A DNA stretch of 64,000 nucleotides, from assembly GCA_028717805.1 (NCBI GenBank), contig JAQUNC010000005.1:1238-65237 (forward strand), read 5' to 3'. The translations under genes and the position numbers were made by a program. Source of the stretch: Atribacterota bacterium (lineage in GTDB: Bacteria > Atribacterota > Phoenicimicrobiia > Phoenicimicrobiales > Stramentimicrobiaceae). Below are positions 1 through 12,368 of this stretch, one piece after another; position 1 is the stretch's first letter; each line of letters opens with the position of its first letter. The notes under the pieces are model-generated. The model ran no database searches and had not been told where the DNA came from. It saw nothing but the letters and a program-made list of their open reading frames with translations.

Positions 1-69
1 AATATTATTTTGAATTTTATTAAAAAAAGGCAATTTTTAATTTGCTGATTAAGCAAGGAGTGAAAATCA

Positions 70-1563
70 TTGACTGAGCAAAATAAAGAGGGAAAAAATG
101 TCTTATCGATAAGAGAAGAAAAAATGAAAGAAATTGAAGAGTTAAGAAGACAGGGGATCGATCCTTTTGGCCAGCGTTTTCCCGGAAAGGAACCAATAAT
201 AAAGGTTATTGAAAAATATAACCATATTGCTAATGATGAACCTTCCAATGAAAATATTGTGATTGCCGGGAGAATTAAGGCTCTCAGAAAACATGGTAAA
301 GCAGTTTTCGCTGATTTGGAAGATCAGACTGGAAAGATACAGATTTATGTCAAATCAAATCTTATTGGTATTGATTCATTTGAGGTATTTAAAGATATTT
401 CTGTGGGAGATATAGTTGGTATTACCGGTTCAGTATTTAAAACCAGAACCGGTGAGTTAACAGTAGTGGCAAGTAAATTTACTTTACTCTGTAAAACTTT
501 ACGAACTTTACCGGAGAAATGGCATGGATTAACTGATACCGAAATTAGATATCGAAAGCGTTATCTTGATTTAATAAGCAATCCTGAGACTAGAGAACTA
601 TTCATCGAAAGAAGTAAAATTATAAAATTTATTAGAAACTTTCTGGATAATAAGGGATATCTGGAAGTAGAAACCCCTGTGCTACAGCCCATTCCTGGGG
701 GAGCTACTGCTACCCCATTTGTTACCCGCCATTTAAGTTTGCATCGGGACCTTTATTTAAAGATAGCCCCAGAACTTTATTTAAAGAGATTGTTAGTTGG
801 GGGATTAGAGAAGGTCTATGAATTGAATCGTAATTTCCGTAATGAAGGAATTTCAACCAAACATAATCCAGAATTTACTATGTTAGAATTATATGAAGCC
901 TATGCTGATTATCGGGTAATGATGGAGATAGCAGAAGAAATGATTTGTGATATTTTGAAAAAAATTAAAGGGACCTTGATCATTCAGTATCAAGGACAAG
1001 TGCTTGATTTTACTCCTCCCTGGAAAAGGTTATCCATGTATGAGGCAATTGAAACAGTTACCGGTATCAATCCTGATGAGGTGAAGCATGATGATTTAGG
1101 AGATTTGATTGATAAATATCAACTTGAATTGTCTAAGAATGCGTCAAAGGGTGAAGTTGTTAATGAACTATTTGAAAAAAATGTTGAGCATACTTTAATT
1201 CAGCCCACCTTTATTACTGATTATCCGGTAGAGGTTTCTCCTCTTTCTAAACAAAAGCCAGGTCATCTCCACCTGGTAGAACGTTTTGAACTTTTTATTA
1301 ATTGTATGGAAATAGCCAATGCTTTTACCGAATTAAACGATCCTCTGGAACAAAAGGTGCGTTTCCTGCAACAAGCAGGGAATAAGAGCGAGGGAGAGAT
1401 AAATCAAAATTTTGTAGACTATGACTATATTGAAGCATTAGAGTATGGAATGCCTCCTGCTGGAGGGATGGGTGTTGGCATTGATCGACTAGTAATGCTT
1501 TTTACCGATCGTGACTCGATCAGAGAAGTGATACTTTTCCCTCAATTAAAAAAGAAAGAATAA
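70..1563 (+). CDS. lysS: Lysyl-tRNA synthetase, class II
   Basis: 497 aa with an N-terminal OB-fold anticodon-binding region and class II core motifs (FRNEGIS..., GGMGVGIDRLVMLF). TTG start 8 nt after an AAGGAG RBS. Confidence 0.95.
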   Translation: MTEQNKEGKNVLSIREEKMKEIEELRRQGIDPFGQRFPGKEPIIKVIEKYNHIANDEPSNENIVIAGRIKALRKHGKAVFADLEDQTGKIQIYVKSNLIGIDSFEVFKDISVGDIVGITGSVFKTRTGELTVVASKFTLLCKTLRTLPEKWHGLTDTEIRYRKRYLDLISNPETRELFIERSKIIKFIRNFLDNKGYLEVETPVLQPIPGGATATPFVTRHLSLHRDLYLKIAPELYLKRLLVGGLEKVYELNRNFRNEGISTKHNPEFTMLELYEAYADYRVMMEIAEEMICDILKKIKGTLIIQYQGQVLDFTPPWKRLSMYEAIETVTGINPDEVKHDDLGDLIDKYQLELSKNASKGEVVNELFEKNVEHTLIQPTFITDYPVEVSPLSKQKPGHLHLVERFELFINCMEIANAFTELNDPLEQKVRFLQQAGNKSEGEINQNFVDYDYIEALEYGMPPAGGMGVGIDRLVMLFTDRDSIREVILFPQLKKKE

Positions 1564-1595
1564 ATATTTAGTATTATTGAAATTTTAAAAATGCG

Positions 1596-1625
1596 ATACT
1601 CAAGGGGAATAATTCCCTGGAGTAT
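1596..1625 (+). repeat. GC-rich hairpin element, copy F (ATACTCAAGGGGAATAATTCCCTGGAGTAT)
   Basis: CAAGGGGAA/TTCCCTG core nested in an ATACTC/GAGTAT outer stem, 26 nt upstream of the S4-protein gene. Confidence 0.4.
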
Positions 1626-1650
1626 ATTTAAGGATTGAAATAAGAAACTG

Positions 1651-1917
1651 TTGAGAATAGATAAATTCTTAAAAAAAAGTAGAGTTATCAAAAGAAGAAC
1701 CGAAGCAAAATATGCCTGTGATAATAATTGTGTAAAAATAAATGGCAAGATTGCTAAAGCCGGTGATACTATTAAGGTTTTTGATAAAATTGAGATTCAA
1801 TTCAGACATAAAATATTAGAGATAGAGGTCTTGAAAATACCGAATGGTAATATTTCAGTTTTATCTGCCTCTCAGCTGTATCGGATTAGGAAAGAAGAAA
1901 AGATTAATCTCGAATAA
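1651..1917 (+). CDS. S4-domain RNA-binding protein (Hsp15/YabO-like)
   Basis: 88 aa; RIDKFLKKSRVIKRRTEAK...VKINGKIAKAGDTIKVFD is typical of an S4 RNA-binding domain. Confidence 0.7.
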   Translation: MRIDKFLKKSRVIKRRTEAKYACDNNCVKINGKIAKAGDTIKVFDKIEIQFRHKILEIEVLKIPNGNISVLSASQLYRIRKEEKINLE

Positions 1918-2164
1918 CGGTTAGTAATTTTCTATTATAATGTTCAGTAATTAATTTAACCATAAGAAATTACCTTTTGTGAAATGGCGGTGGTGCGCTA
2001 AAACTGTTTGACCCCAAGGTTTATGTTATGTAAAGGTATTATTTTTTAATTTAAATCCGAAGTAAGTGCCAATATACTTTGTAGATCAGGTGGAAAGGTA
2101 AAAAATAAAGATAAAAAGAGGATAAAGATAATAACTTATATAGAACATACCTTATTTCTCTTTT

Positions 2165-3589
2165 TTGAGTATTTTAAAAAATACTCCTGCGTGGGAGTAT
2201 TATTTAATTTTATCTGCGGGTAAACATATGGAAGAAAGAATGATAGTTGAAAAAATCAAGCAACTTTTAAACGAACATAAAGTAGAGGAATTAAAAAACT
2301 TAATTGGCGATCTGCACCCCAATGATTTTAGCGAAATAGCTGAAGAGCTTTCCCCCGAACAGATTGTTGAAATATTCAAATTTATCAAAGACCAAGAAAA
2401 AGTAGCCGAATATATTTCTGAATTAAATACTGAATTACAGTCTGATTTACTCAACGCTATGGGCAAAAAACAGGCTTCTGAGATATTAAAGGGAATGGAT
2501 ACTGATGATGCAGTCGATTTGTTAGGAGAAATTGCTCCTGAAGAATCTAGAGAATTATTAGATTTATTGCCCAAAGAAGAAGCTGAAGAAATTGAAGAAC
2601 TAATGAAATATGAGGAGAATACTGCCGGTAGTATCATGAACAATGAGTTTGTGACACTTCCGGAGTATTTGACTGTAGAACAAGCTATTCAGCATATCCG
2701 CGAAATGAGCCCCGAAGCAGAAATGATATATTATGTGTATATCCTAGATAACAGAGATAAATTAATCGGTGTTTTATCATTAAGGGATTTAATTGTAGCA
2801 GATTCTCATAAAAAGATATCCGAGATTATGGAAGAAGATGTTATTAGCGTCCTAGATACAGAAGATCGCGAAGTAGCTGCCAGAGTTATCTCTGATTATG
2901 ATTTTCTAGCTATACCGGTTATTAATAAAAAAGGTATGATGGTTGGTATCATTACTGTTGATGATATTATTGATGTCTTAGAAGAAGAGGTAACCGAAGA
3001 TATCCACAAGATGGTCGGTTCAGCTGAGGTTTATGAAGACAAATTAATCAAGACTGGTTCGGCAAAAAGAGCAAGAGCAAGATTGCCTTGGTTGTTGGTC
3101 TGTATGGTCGGGGAGCTTGTTTCCGGAACAGTGATTGAATTTCATTCTAATATTTTAGAGATGGTAGTTGCATTAGCTTTTTTTATTCCTATTATTATGG
3201 CTATGGGGGGAAATGTGGGAGCTCAATCTTCTACTATAACGGTAAGAGGACTGGCTACCGGTCAACTTCGGCTGGATGAGTTATGGAGGAATATCTGGGC
3301 AGAGACCAAGGTTGGTTTTCTCATTGGTACTACAGTGGGATTGCTTATTTTTTCAGTGGCTTATTTCTGGCAAGGAAGTTATACTATAGGTATTACTATT
3401 GGTTTGTCTTTATGTATCACTGTAATTCTTGCTGCTACCATGGGAACGCTATTACCTTTAGTTTTTAATTATTTAAGAATCGATCCAGCAATCGCTAGTG
3501 GACCTTTAATAACTACCATTGTTGATGTAGGTAGTTTAATAATATATTTTACCCTGGGAACCTTACTTTTTAAATATTTAGGAAAATAA
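2165..3589 (+). CDS. mgtE: Magnesium transporter MgtE
   Basis: N-terminal MgtE-N domain, two CBS domains (LRDLIVADSHKKISEIM..., VINKKGMMVGIITVDDIID) and a C-terminal 5-TM MgtE channel domain. The likely true start is the in-frame ATG at 2228 (MEERMIV). Confidence 0.9.
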   Translation: MSILKNTPAWEYYLILSAGKHMEERMIVEKIKQLLNEHKVEELKNLIGDLHPNDFSEIAEELSPEQIVEIFKFIKDQEKVAEYISELNTELQSDLLNAMGKKQASEILKGMDTDDAVDLLGEIAPEESRELLDLLPKEEAEEIEELMKYEENTAGSIMNNEFVTLPEYLTVEQAIQHIREMSPEAEMIYYVYILDNRDKLIGVLSLRDLIVADSHKKISEIMEEDVISVLDTEDREVAARVISDYDFLAIPVINKKGMMVGIITVDDIIDVLEEEVTEDIHKMVGSAEVYEDKLIKTGSAKRARARLPWLLVCMVGELVSGTVIEFHSNILEMVVALAFFIPIIMAMGGNVGAQSSTITVRGLATGQLRLDELWRNIWAETKVGFLIGTTVGLLIFSVAYFWQGSYTIGITIGLSLCITVILAATMGTLLPLVFNYLRIDPAIASGPLITTIVDVGSLIIYFTLGTLLFKYLGK

Positions 3590-3659
3590 TTATTATTATA
3601 TAGTAAGTAAATTTGATATTATAGTATTTTAATAGGTTTGTATCCTTATAAGGAGGTAA

Positions 3660-4939
<1,280 letters not shown>

Positions 4940-4940
<1 letters not shown>

Positions 4941-5227
4941 TGTCTTATTTAAAATCTCTTTTGGAATCTAAAATAACCTGGGCTATAATTTTATTATTAA
5001 TTTTTTATATTTCCTTTGTCTTTTCAGAGAAATATGCTCGTATTCTAGAGATAAAATCTTATATAACTGAATTGGAGCAAGAGGTTCATGAGCTTGAGGA
5101 AGATACCAAGTTACTATCTGAGAAGATAGATTTGTTGAATACCAATTCCTATGTTGAAAAAATTGCCCGGGAAGAGTTAGATTTAGTTAAACCAAATGAG
5201 ATTTTATATAAATCAATAAAAAAATAA
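4940..5227 (+). CDS. Septum formation initiator family protein (FtsB/DivIC-like)
   Basis: 95 aa with one N-terminal TM helix followed by a coiled coil (ELEQEVHELEEDTKLLSEKIDLLN). This architecture is typical of DivIC/FtsB. Its start overlaps the eno stop. Confidence 0.55.
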
Positions 5228-5359
5228 CCAAGTACGATCTGATAAATTTATGAAATCTTTTAAGAATATTACAGAAGAGCTAAGAAAAAAAATATAAAGA
5301 TTAATTTAAAGAAGTTCTATTGACGTCTATTATCTTTTATTTTATAATGATTTAAGTTT

Positions 5360-5447
5360 GCCGGAGTGGCGGAATAGGTAGACGCACAGGACTTAAAATC
5401 CTGGAAGCTGCAAAGCTTGTGCCGGTTCGATTCCGGCCTCCGGCACC
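5360..5447 (+). tRNA. tRNA-Leu (anticodon TAA)
   Basis: Cloverleaf GCCGGAG-TG-GCGGAATAGGTAGACGC..., anticodon loop CTTAAAA, long variable arm, T-arm GGTTCGATTCC. The acceptor stem pairs with CTCCGGC-A. Confidence 0.85.
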
Positions 5448-5564
5448 TATCAAGATTGGAAAGTTGCGAATTTAATAAGCTAATAATTGACTTTGCAATT
5501 TAATGATGTTAAAATTAAAAAGCAATTTTTTAAGTATTATAGTAATATAAAAAATAATTATATA

Positions 5565-5640
<76 letters not shown>

Positions 5641-5654
5641 TTTTATATAGAATC

Positions 5655-5690
5655 AAACCTCTATAACATTATTATTAGAGGTTTTATTAA
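5655..5690 (+). terminator. Putative intrinsic terminator after tRNA(CAT)
   Basis: Hairpin AAACCTCTA...TAGAGGTTT followed by TTATT. Confidence 0.35.
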
Positions 5691-5746
5691 TATTAATTAA
5701 GTAAATTGCTATCTTTTTATTAGTAATCTTCGCAAATTATCATATT

Positions 5747-5823
5747 GGCGGTGTAGCTCAGCTGGCTAGAGCATGCGGTTCATACCCGCAGTGTCCTGAG
5801 TTCGAATCTCAGCACCGCCACCA
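5747..5823 (+). tRNA. tRNA-Met (anticodon CAT), elongator type
   Basis: GGCGGTGTAGCTCAGCTGGCTAGAGC...GGTTCATACCCG...CACCGCCACCA is near-identical in architecture to Bacillus elongator tRNA-Met. Confidence 0.85.
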
Positions 5824-5894
5824 TGTCCATGATAAATAAAGATCAAATTTTTAAAGTATTAAAATTCCCGGAATAGATTAAAGATTTTGATAAT

Positions 5895-7325
5895 TTGGAT
5901 AAATTAGTAACAAAAGTAATTAAAACAATTGAAAAGTATGAAATGATAGAAGAGGGAGATAAGGTTATTCTTGCTGTTTCAGGAGGTCCCGATTCTATAT
6001 GTCTGCTCGATATCTTGAATCGGATTAAAAATCAATTCAAGATTTCTTTAGTTATCGCTCATGTCCATCATGGTATTAGAAAAAAGGAGGCAAATATTGA
6101 AGCACGTTTTGTTCGACTGAAATCTTTCCATTTAAATCTTCCTTTTCAACAGTTATCCGTATCTGTTCCTGAAATCGCCCGAGAAAAAGGTTTATCAATT
6201 GAACAAGCCGGTAGAGTTGTGCGCTATCAATTCTTTAAGGAACTACTGCATAACTGTCAAGCTCAAAAAATTGCCCTGGGTCATCATGCAGATGATCAGG
6301 TAGAGACTATGCTAATGAGACTTATTCGAGGTTGTGGTTTAAGAGGATTAAGAGGCATTCCTCCTAAGAGAAGTATCTTTATCAGACCTTTAATTGAATG
6401 TACTCGCTCAGAAATTGAAGCTTACTGCAAGAGAAGGGATATCGCTTATTGTCTCGATTCCTCCAACAGAGAACCCAGATATTTGCGTAATAAAATAAGA
6501 CAGCAATTAATCCCTTTATTAAAGAAAGAGTATAATCCTGTAATAGATAAAAATTTGCTACAGTTGCAGAATATAGTTAATGATGAGCTGGATATTTGGG
6601 AAGAAATAACTGATCAGTATTATTTAAAAGCATTGAAAAAAGAAGGAGTTTCTATTACTATTCTGGACAATTATAGATTGAGAGAATGGCCTATTGCCAT
6701 TCAACGCTCAGTTATCCGAAGGGTGTTAAGACATTTTAAGATTTTTTTAGAGGATATTCAATTTAATCATATTGAAGCGATTAGGCAGTTGAGCCTAAAG
6801 GATGAGGGTGAAAAATTTCTCGATTTACCTGGCAATATAAGAGTAAGAATAAGTTATCAGGAACTAATATTTGATTTTATTCATGACTTTAAAACTTCTC
6901 ATAAAGAAAAAGTATTTGAACCATTAGAATATAGAATAGATCTTGGCAGAGAAACTAAAATTACCGATTTAAACTTGAAATTTATTGTTCAACAATATGA
7001 CTATGACTCGTCAGATTATGAGAGAATAGTCAGTAACGTTAATAAAAATGAGACTTATTTGGATTACGATAAGATTAATCTACCACTAAAGGTTAGGAGT
7101 CGTAAACCGGGTGACCGGTTTCAACCGTTAAATAGCATTTTTTTAAAAAAAGTTAAATCTTACTTTATTGATCAGAAAATAGCCCGTTATGAGAGAGACA
7201 AAATAATGTTGGTTATTGATAATTCTAACCGTATTGTCTGGATTGCTGGCTTCCAAGTAGATGATCGGTTTAAAGTAACTAGAAAAACCAAAAAAGTATT
7301 ATATATTAAACAGATTACAATCTAA
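5895..7325 (+). CDS. tilS: tRNA(Ile)-lysidine synthetase
   Basis: N-terminal PP-loop (GDKVILAVSGGPDSICLL) and the usual TilS C-terminal domain. Conserved tilS-hpt-ftsH synteny. Confidence 0.9.
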   Translation: MDKLVTKVIKTIEKYEMIEEGDKVILAVSGGPDSICLLDILNRIKNQFKISLVIAHVHHGIRKKEANIEARFVRLKSFHLNLPFQQLSVSVPEIAREKGLSIEQAGRVVRYQFFKELLHNCQAQKIALGHHADDQVETMLMRLIRGCGLRGLRGIPPKRSIFIRPLIECTRSEIEAYCKRRDIAYCLDSSNREPRYLRNKIRQQLIPLLKKEYNPVIDKNLLQLQNIVNDELDIWEEITDQYYLKALKKEGVSITILDNYRLREWPIAIQRSVIRRVLRHFKIFLEDIQFNHIEAIRQLSLKDEGEKFLDLPGNIRVRISYQELIFDFIHDFKTSHKEKVFEPLEYRIDLGRETKITDLNLKFIVQQYDYDSSDYERIVSNVNKNETYLDYDKINLPLKVRSRKPGDRFQPLNSIFLKKVKSYFIDQKIARYERDKIMLVIDNSNRIVWIAGFQVDDRFKVTRKTKKVLYIKQITI

Positions 7326-7411
7326 TTATCAATTTAAACTGATTGTGTGATAAAATAAAAATGAGTGGAAATTAAGAAGTATTTTATGATCAAAAATGAG
7401 GAATATTAAAA

Positions 7412-7948
7412 ATGATAGAACAGGAAATGATAGAAGAGATTTTAATACCTGAAAATCAAATTCAAAAAAGAATTGAGCAATTAGGAAATCAGATTTCCCA
7501 TGATTATAAGGGAAAGGAAATATTTTGTATCGGAGTACTCAGAGGTGCTATTATATTTCTGGCTGATTTGGCACGTTATATCAGAGTGCCTATGGTAATT
7601 GATTTTATATCTATTTCCAGCTATGGGGTATCTACTGAATCTTCCGGAGTAGTAAGGATTTTGAAAGATTTGGATGAGAATATTGAAAAGAAAGATGTAT
7701 TGATTGTCGAAGATATTATAGATACCGGCCTTACCTTAGATTATTTGTTGAGAATGCTACAGTCACGAAAACCTGCCAGTTTGAAAGTATGTGCTCTGCT
7801 TAATAAAAAAGAGAGAAGAAAGATTGAAGTTCCCATTAATTATTGTGGTTTTGATATACCTGATAGATTTGTTGTGGGCTATGGTCTGGATTTTAATGGT
7901 TTATACCGTAATATTCCTTATATTTTGGTTCTTAAATCAGCTCATTAG
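7412..7948 (+). CDS. hpt: Hypoxanthine-guanine phosphoribosyltransferase
   Basis: PRPP-binding motif VLIVEDIIDTGLTL, 178 aa. It sits in the tilS-hpt-ftsH context. Confidence 0.92.
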   Translation: MIEQEMIEEILIPENQIQKRIEQLGNQISHDYKGKEIFCIGVLRGAIIFLADLARYIRVPMVIDFISISSYGVSTESSGVVRILKDLDENIEKKDVLIVEDIIDTGLTLDYLLRMLQSRKPASLKVCALLNKKERRKIEVPINYCGFDIPDRFVVGYGLDFNGLYRNIPYILVLKSAH

Positions 7949-8321
7949 TATTTATTATAGTATAATTAACAAATTAAAGAATCAATATCCAAGATTTAAA
8001 TTAGTAGCAGTAGCTTTTTATTCTTTTATACTCGGCCAGGATATGTTTAGTTAGAAATGAGCATTTTCCTGGAAGGGAACAATGTTTTAATTAGAGATTG
8101 TATTCTAAATAATAAGATATTAAACTGAATATTTTTTAACTAGGAATCCTGGCAGGCATCAGTGTTACTTGGCAGGATTCGTAAAAAAGGTAGGTAAAAA
8201 TCAGCGTGAAAAGAGAATAGTAATCTGTTTGTCTTTATTCTTGAAATGTGCTAAAATTACCTTGCATTTAAACTTGAAAAGCATTTTAAATAATTTATAT
8301 ATTAAGAGGAGAAATGAATAA

Positions 8322-10169
8322 TTGGCGAAATTAGATCCTGATAATTTAAAGAACAGAAATTTCAAAAATGCCGGTTTATACTTGTTAATATTAATAGTGG
8401 TAATCTCTATTCTCAGTTCTTTATTCCAGCCAGTTTCTTCAATAAGAGAGATATCTTATTCTCAATTTTTAAATGAAGTTGAGAAAAATAATGTTAATAG
8501 TGTAACCATTTCTGGAAATACTATTACTGGTGTGCTCAATGACAATCAAAAATTTTCTACCTATTTACCGGATGATCCAGAATTAATGACTATTTTACGC
8601 AGTAAAAATATCAATATTGAAGCTAAGGCACCTGTAGAATTATCCTGGTGGATGCGCGTACTTTCTTCCCTTTTGCCTATGGCTTTAATAATTGGAATAT
8701 GGATATTTATGATGAGACAGATGCAGGGTGGTGGAAATAAAGTAATGTCTTTTGGAAAAAGCCAGGCGAAGCTCTTGGGAAAGGAAAATCCAAAAGTTAC
8801 CTTTGCTGATGTAGCTGGCGTTGACGAGGCTAAGGAAGAGTTACAGGAAGTGATTGATTTTTTAAGAAATCCGGCCAAGTTTAACCAGCTAGGAGCGAAA
8901 ATACCTAAAGGAGTACTTCTCTATGGTCCCCCGGGTGCCGGGAAAACCTTATTGGCAAGGGCGGTTGCTGGAGAAGCAGAGGTTTCCTTTTTTAGCATTA
9001 GTGGTTCTGATTTTGTGGAGATGTTTGTAGGAGTAGGAGCTTCCAGGGTAAGAGATTTATTTAAGCAAGCCAAAGCAAATAAACCCTGCATAATCTTTAT
9101 GGATGAAATTGATGCTGTTGGTCGTCACAGGGGTGCCGGTTTAGGTGGCGGACATGACGAAAGAGAACAGACTTTAAACCAGCTATTGGTTGAAATGGAT
9201 GGTTTTGACCAAAATATAGGAGTCATTCTCATTGCAGCAACCAATAGGCCTGATATTCTTGATCCTGCTCTTCTGAGGCCTGGACGTTTTGATCGTCGGA
9301 TAGTAGTAGATCGCCCTGATTTAATTGGACGTGAACAGATATTAAATGTTCATGCCAAAGGGAAGCCTCTGGCTAAAGATGTGGATTTGAAAGTTTTAGC
9401 TAGAAGAACACCTGGTTTTGTTGGTTCAGATTTAGCTAATTTAGTTAATGAGGCAGCATTATTAGCTTCCCGTAAGGGCAAAAAATATATCGATATGGAA
9501 GATTTTGAAGCTTCTATTGATAGAGTAATTGCGGGACCGGAAAAAAAGAGTAGAATTATGAATGAAAAAGAAAAAGAGATCGTAGCCTATCATGAATCTG
9601 GTCATGCCCTAGTTGCGAAGCTACTTCCTAATTGCGATCCGGTTCATAAGGTTTCCATTATCCCTCGAGGAAGTGCGGCTCTGGGATATACCTTACAATT
9701 ACCTACTGAAGATCGCTATCTCATCAGTAAATCTGAATTGATGGAAAGATTAAGTGTCCTTTTAGCTGGTAGGGTTGCCGAAGAGCTTACTTTTAAAGAT
9801 ATTACTACTGGAGCTCAGAATGATTTAGAAAGAGCGACCAAGATTGCCCGACAGATGGTAACTGAATTTGGAATGAGCGAATCCCTTGGTCCTATGACTC
9901 TGGGACGAAAAGAACACCAAGTCTTTTTAGGCAGAGATATCTCTGAAGATAGAAACTATAGTGATGAAGTTGCCTTTCAAATTGATAAAGCAGTGGAAAA
10001 AATTATTGAAAATGCTTATAATAGAGCAAAAGATATACTAGTTAAAAATAAAAGAAAATTGAAGAAGATAGCGGAAAAACTATTAGAAAAAGAAACCCTG
10101 GAAGGAGAAGAGTTAGATAATTTATTAAAGGGTGCCAAACTTGCCTCCGGACAACCGGTTATTGTTTAA
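8322..10169 (+). CDS. ftsH: ATP-dependent zinc metalloprotease FtsH
   Basis: Two N-terminal TM helices, an AAA module ([23 protein letters not shown], Walker [13 protein letters not shown]) and the HESGH zinc motif. Confidence 0.97.
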   Translation: MAKLDPDNLKNRNFKNAGLYLLILIVVISILSSLFQPVSSIREISYSQFLNEVEKNNVNSVTISGNTITGVLNDNQKFSTYLPDDPELMTILRSKNINIEAKAPVELSWWMRVLSSLLPMALIIGIWIFMMRQMQGGGNKVMSFGKSQAKLLGKENPKVTFADVAGVDEAKEELQEVIDFLRNPAKFNQLGAKIPKGVLLYGPPGAGKTLLARAVAGEAEVSFFSISGSDFVEMFVGVGASRVRDLFKQAKANKPCIIFMDEIDAVGRHRGAGLGGGHDEREQTLNQLLVEMDGFDQNIGVILIAATNRPDILDPALLRPGRFDRRIVVDRPDLIGREQILNVHAKGKPLAKDVDLKVLARRTPGFVGSDLANLVNEAALLASRKGKKYIDMEDFEASIDRVIAGPEKKSRIMNEKEKEIVAYHESGHALVAKLLPNCDPVHKVSIIPRGSAALGYTLQLPTEDRYLISKSELMERLSVLLAGRVAEELTFKDITTGAQNDLERATKIARQMVTEFGMSESLGPMTLGRKEHQVFLGRDISEDRNYSDEVAFQIDKAVEKIIENAYNRAKDILVKNKRKLKKIAEKLLEKETLEGEELDNLLKGAKLASGQPVIV

Positions 10170-10406
10170 AATAATTAATAAAATATTCCTATTTTATTTA
10201 ATATAATATATAATATTATGGGTGACCAATTAACTAAGCAAGTTAAAAATGATAAGCTAAAGTCTAATTGAATTTAAAATAGGAGAAAGCAAAAAGAGAC
10301 AGGGAAAACAAAACAATTTAAATAGGGGGAGGTGAAAGATTAGGGGTAGTGCAATAAAATAATAAAGATTATTTATAAAAATATAAAATGGAAGGAGGAA
10401 AATGGA

Positions 10407-12263
10407 TTGAATAAACAATTATTATCAATAATTTTAGCTATTTCATTAATAATGGGAATGGGAGCCATGGTTACTGCTCAGATCCCTAATCCCGATAGAA
10501 TTGTTTATGCCTTGATTGGCGGGCCGGAAACTATGGATCCTCATTGGAGTTATGACACAGCAAGTGGTGAAGTTATTTTCCAGGTTTACGATAACCTGAT
10601 TGCTTATGATGGAGAGAGTATTGAAAAATTTGTACCAATGCTCGCCTTACAAGTACCTTCAGCCGATAATGGATTAATCAAATATGGTGGTTTAGACTAT
10701 ATCTTCCCCATTAGATACGGTGTTCGTTTCCATAATGGGGAAATTATGACACCAGAGGATGTGGAATACAGTTTTGAAAGAGGTATGATCTTTGATCGTG
10801 CTGGGGGTCCCTGTTGGATGTTGTTAGAACCGCTTTTAGGGATCATTAGTATCGAAGAACTTGCTGTTGAACTAGCTGGTGTAGAAAATTATGCTGATAT
10901 GTTTAATGAAGATGGTGAGCTATTACCTGAATATGAAGAGGCCATGATTAAAGTCTATACTGATTATGTGGATAGGGCAGTGGAGGTTCAAGGCAATAAT
11001 GTTGTCTTTCATTTAGCCCAACCATATGCGCCGTTTTTGAATATCCTGGCTCATGGTGGTGGATGGTCGTCCATTATCAGTAAAAAATGGTCTATCGAAC
11101 AGGGTGCTTGGGATCATCAAGCAGATACCTGGTGGAATTATCATGATCCACAAAATGAGGAGGATCCACTATATAGTATAGCAAACGGTACCGGTCCCTT
11201 TAAATTGGTAAGATGGGTTCCAGAAGAAACTATCATGCTGGAGAGATTTGATGATCATTGGAGAGGACCTGCTAAGTTAAAAGAGGTTGTCTATCAGTAT
11301 ATTAATGAGTGGACTACCCGGAAGCTAATGCTGCAGAGGGGTGATGCAGATATCTGCTATGTCCCGGTAACCAATATGAACGAAGTGGAAGCTATGGAAG
11401 AAACTGAACTGATCACTGGTTTACCTCAATTATCTAATGTTGTAACAAATATGCCCTGGCTGCTAAATGCTGAAGGTAATGCTAATTTAGGAAGTGGTAA
11501 ATTAGATGGAGAGGGAATTCCGCCTGATTTCTTCTCGGATATTCATGTTCGAAGAGGATTTTCCTACTTGTTCCCCTATGATATTAATATCGAAAAATCA
11601 ATGCAGGGACAGGCAAAACGTAATCCCGGACCATTTCCTGATCCATTGTATGGTTACACAGAAGATCCAGAATTATACTTTGAATTTGATATAGCAAAGG
11701 CAACAGAGGAATTCAAGTTAGCCTGGGGTGGAGAGCTCTGGGAAAAGGGTTGCAAATTCAATATCTTCTACAATGAAGGGAATGATGTCCGTAAAAATGT
11801 TTGTGATATGCTTTCTACCTATGCCAGAATGGTGAATCCCAAGTTCGAGCTTACCTCGGTCGGTGTGCAGTGGTCATCCTACCTGAAACAGTTCCTAGCC
11901 GAACAACTTCCCATGTACACCATCGGTTGGCTGGCGGATTATCCCCATCCTCACAACTGGGCACCCACTTACCTGGGGAGCAATGGGACATACAGTGCTT
12001 ATTACGGAAAGACATATGTAGATTGGGCAAAAGAGAATATAGATCCGCTTATCGAGAAGGCACTGAAATCAGTTGATCCGGAAGAGCAGAAGAACATCTA
12101 TGAAGAATTGACCAGAATGGCTCATGAACAGGCTGTGGCGCTCTATCTATACCAGCCTATCGGAATCCATGTCCAGAGAGACTGGGTTAAGGGGTGGTAC
12201 TATAATCCGATAATATCTGGTATGCCGCAAGGTGCTGATTTCTACTATATTTACAAAGAGTAA
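10407..12263 (+). CDS. ABC transporter substrate-binding protein, family 5 (oligopeptide/dipeptide/nickel type)
   Basis: Signal peptide (MNKQLLSIILAISLIMGMGAMVTAQ) and a 618-aa SBP_bac_5-like sequence. It is followed by two permeases and two ATPases. Confidence 0.85.
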   Translation: MNKQLLSIILAISLIMGMGAMVTAQIPNPDRIVYALIGGPETMDPHWSYDTASGEVIFQVYDNLIAYDGESIEKFVPMLALQVPSADNGLIKYGGLDYIFPIRYGVRFHNGEIMTPEDVEYSFERGMIFDRAGGPCWMLLEPLLGIISIEELAVELAGVENYADMFNEDGELLPEYEEAMIKVYTDYVDRAVEVQGNNVVFHLAQPYAPFLNILAHGGGWSSIISKKWSIEQGAWDHQADTWWNYHDPQNEEDPLYSIANGTGPFKLVRWVPEETIMLERFDDHWRGPAKLKEVVYQYINEWTTRKLMLQRGDADICYVPVTNMNEVEAMEETELITGLPQLSNVVTNMPWLLNAEGNANLGSGKLDGEGIPPDFFSDIHVRRGFSYLFPYDINIEKSMQGQAKRNPGPFPDPLYGYTEDPELYFEFDIAKATEEFKLAWGGELWEKGCKFNIFYNEGNDVRKNVCDMLSTYARMVNPKFELTSVGVQWSSYLKQFLAEQLPMYTIGWLADYPHPHNWAPTYLGSNGTYSAYYGKTYVDWAKENIDPLIEKALKSVDPEEQKNIYEELTRMAHEQAVALYLYQPIGIHVQRDWVKGWYYNPIISGMPQGADFYYIYKE

Positions 12264-12324
12264 GCAAGATGTTAATATTATTTTCCTGTGATTGCGACTG
12301 ATGTTATGTAATTAATAAAATAAA

Positions 12325-12368
12325 AATGGAGTGGAAGTAATTATAATTTCCACTCCATTGTGTTTTTA
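12325..12368 (+). terminator. Intrinsic terminator/attenuator after the SBP gene
   Basis: AATGGAGTGGAA-GTAATTATAA-TTTCCACTCCATT followed by GTGTTTTT. This is a classic partial terminator between an oppA-like gene and the permease genes. Confidence 0.6.

Noticed and set aside
1980-2160. M-box (Mg2+) riboswitch in front of mgtE
   Set aside because: It would be expected by context, but I could not identify the conserved M-box core sequence or helices by eye. I kept it as an open question in the findings, not as a feature.
2200-2643. 147-aa minus-strand ORF
   Set aside because: It lies entirely antisense within mgtE, has low-complexity Ser/Ile-rich composition, and is an AT-rich antisense artefact. 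The same applies to the minus ORFs at 4644-4871, 8561-8878, 14048-14296, 17934-18143, 20030-20374, 23786-24103, 26371-26631, 45050-45256, 47564-48026, 50942-51145, 52108-52377, 55945-56142 and 56959-57219.
8144-8181. Sigma-54 (-24/-12) promoter TGGCAG...TGGCAGG upstream of ftsH
   Set aside because: The spacing and the -12 element do not fit TGGCAC-N5-TTGCW. It is better described as an 8-bp inverted repeat (GAATCCTG/CAGGATTC) of unknown function.
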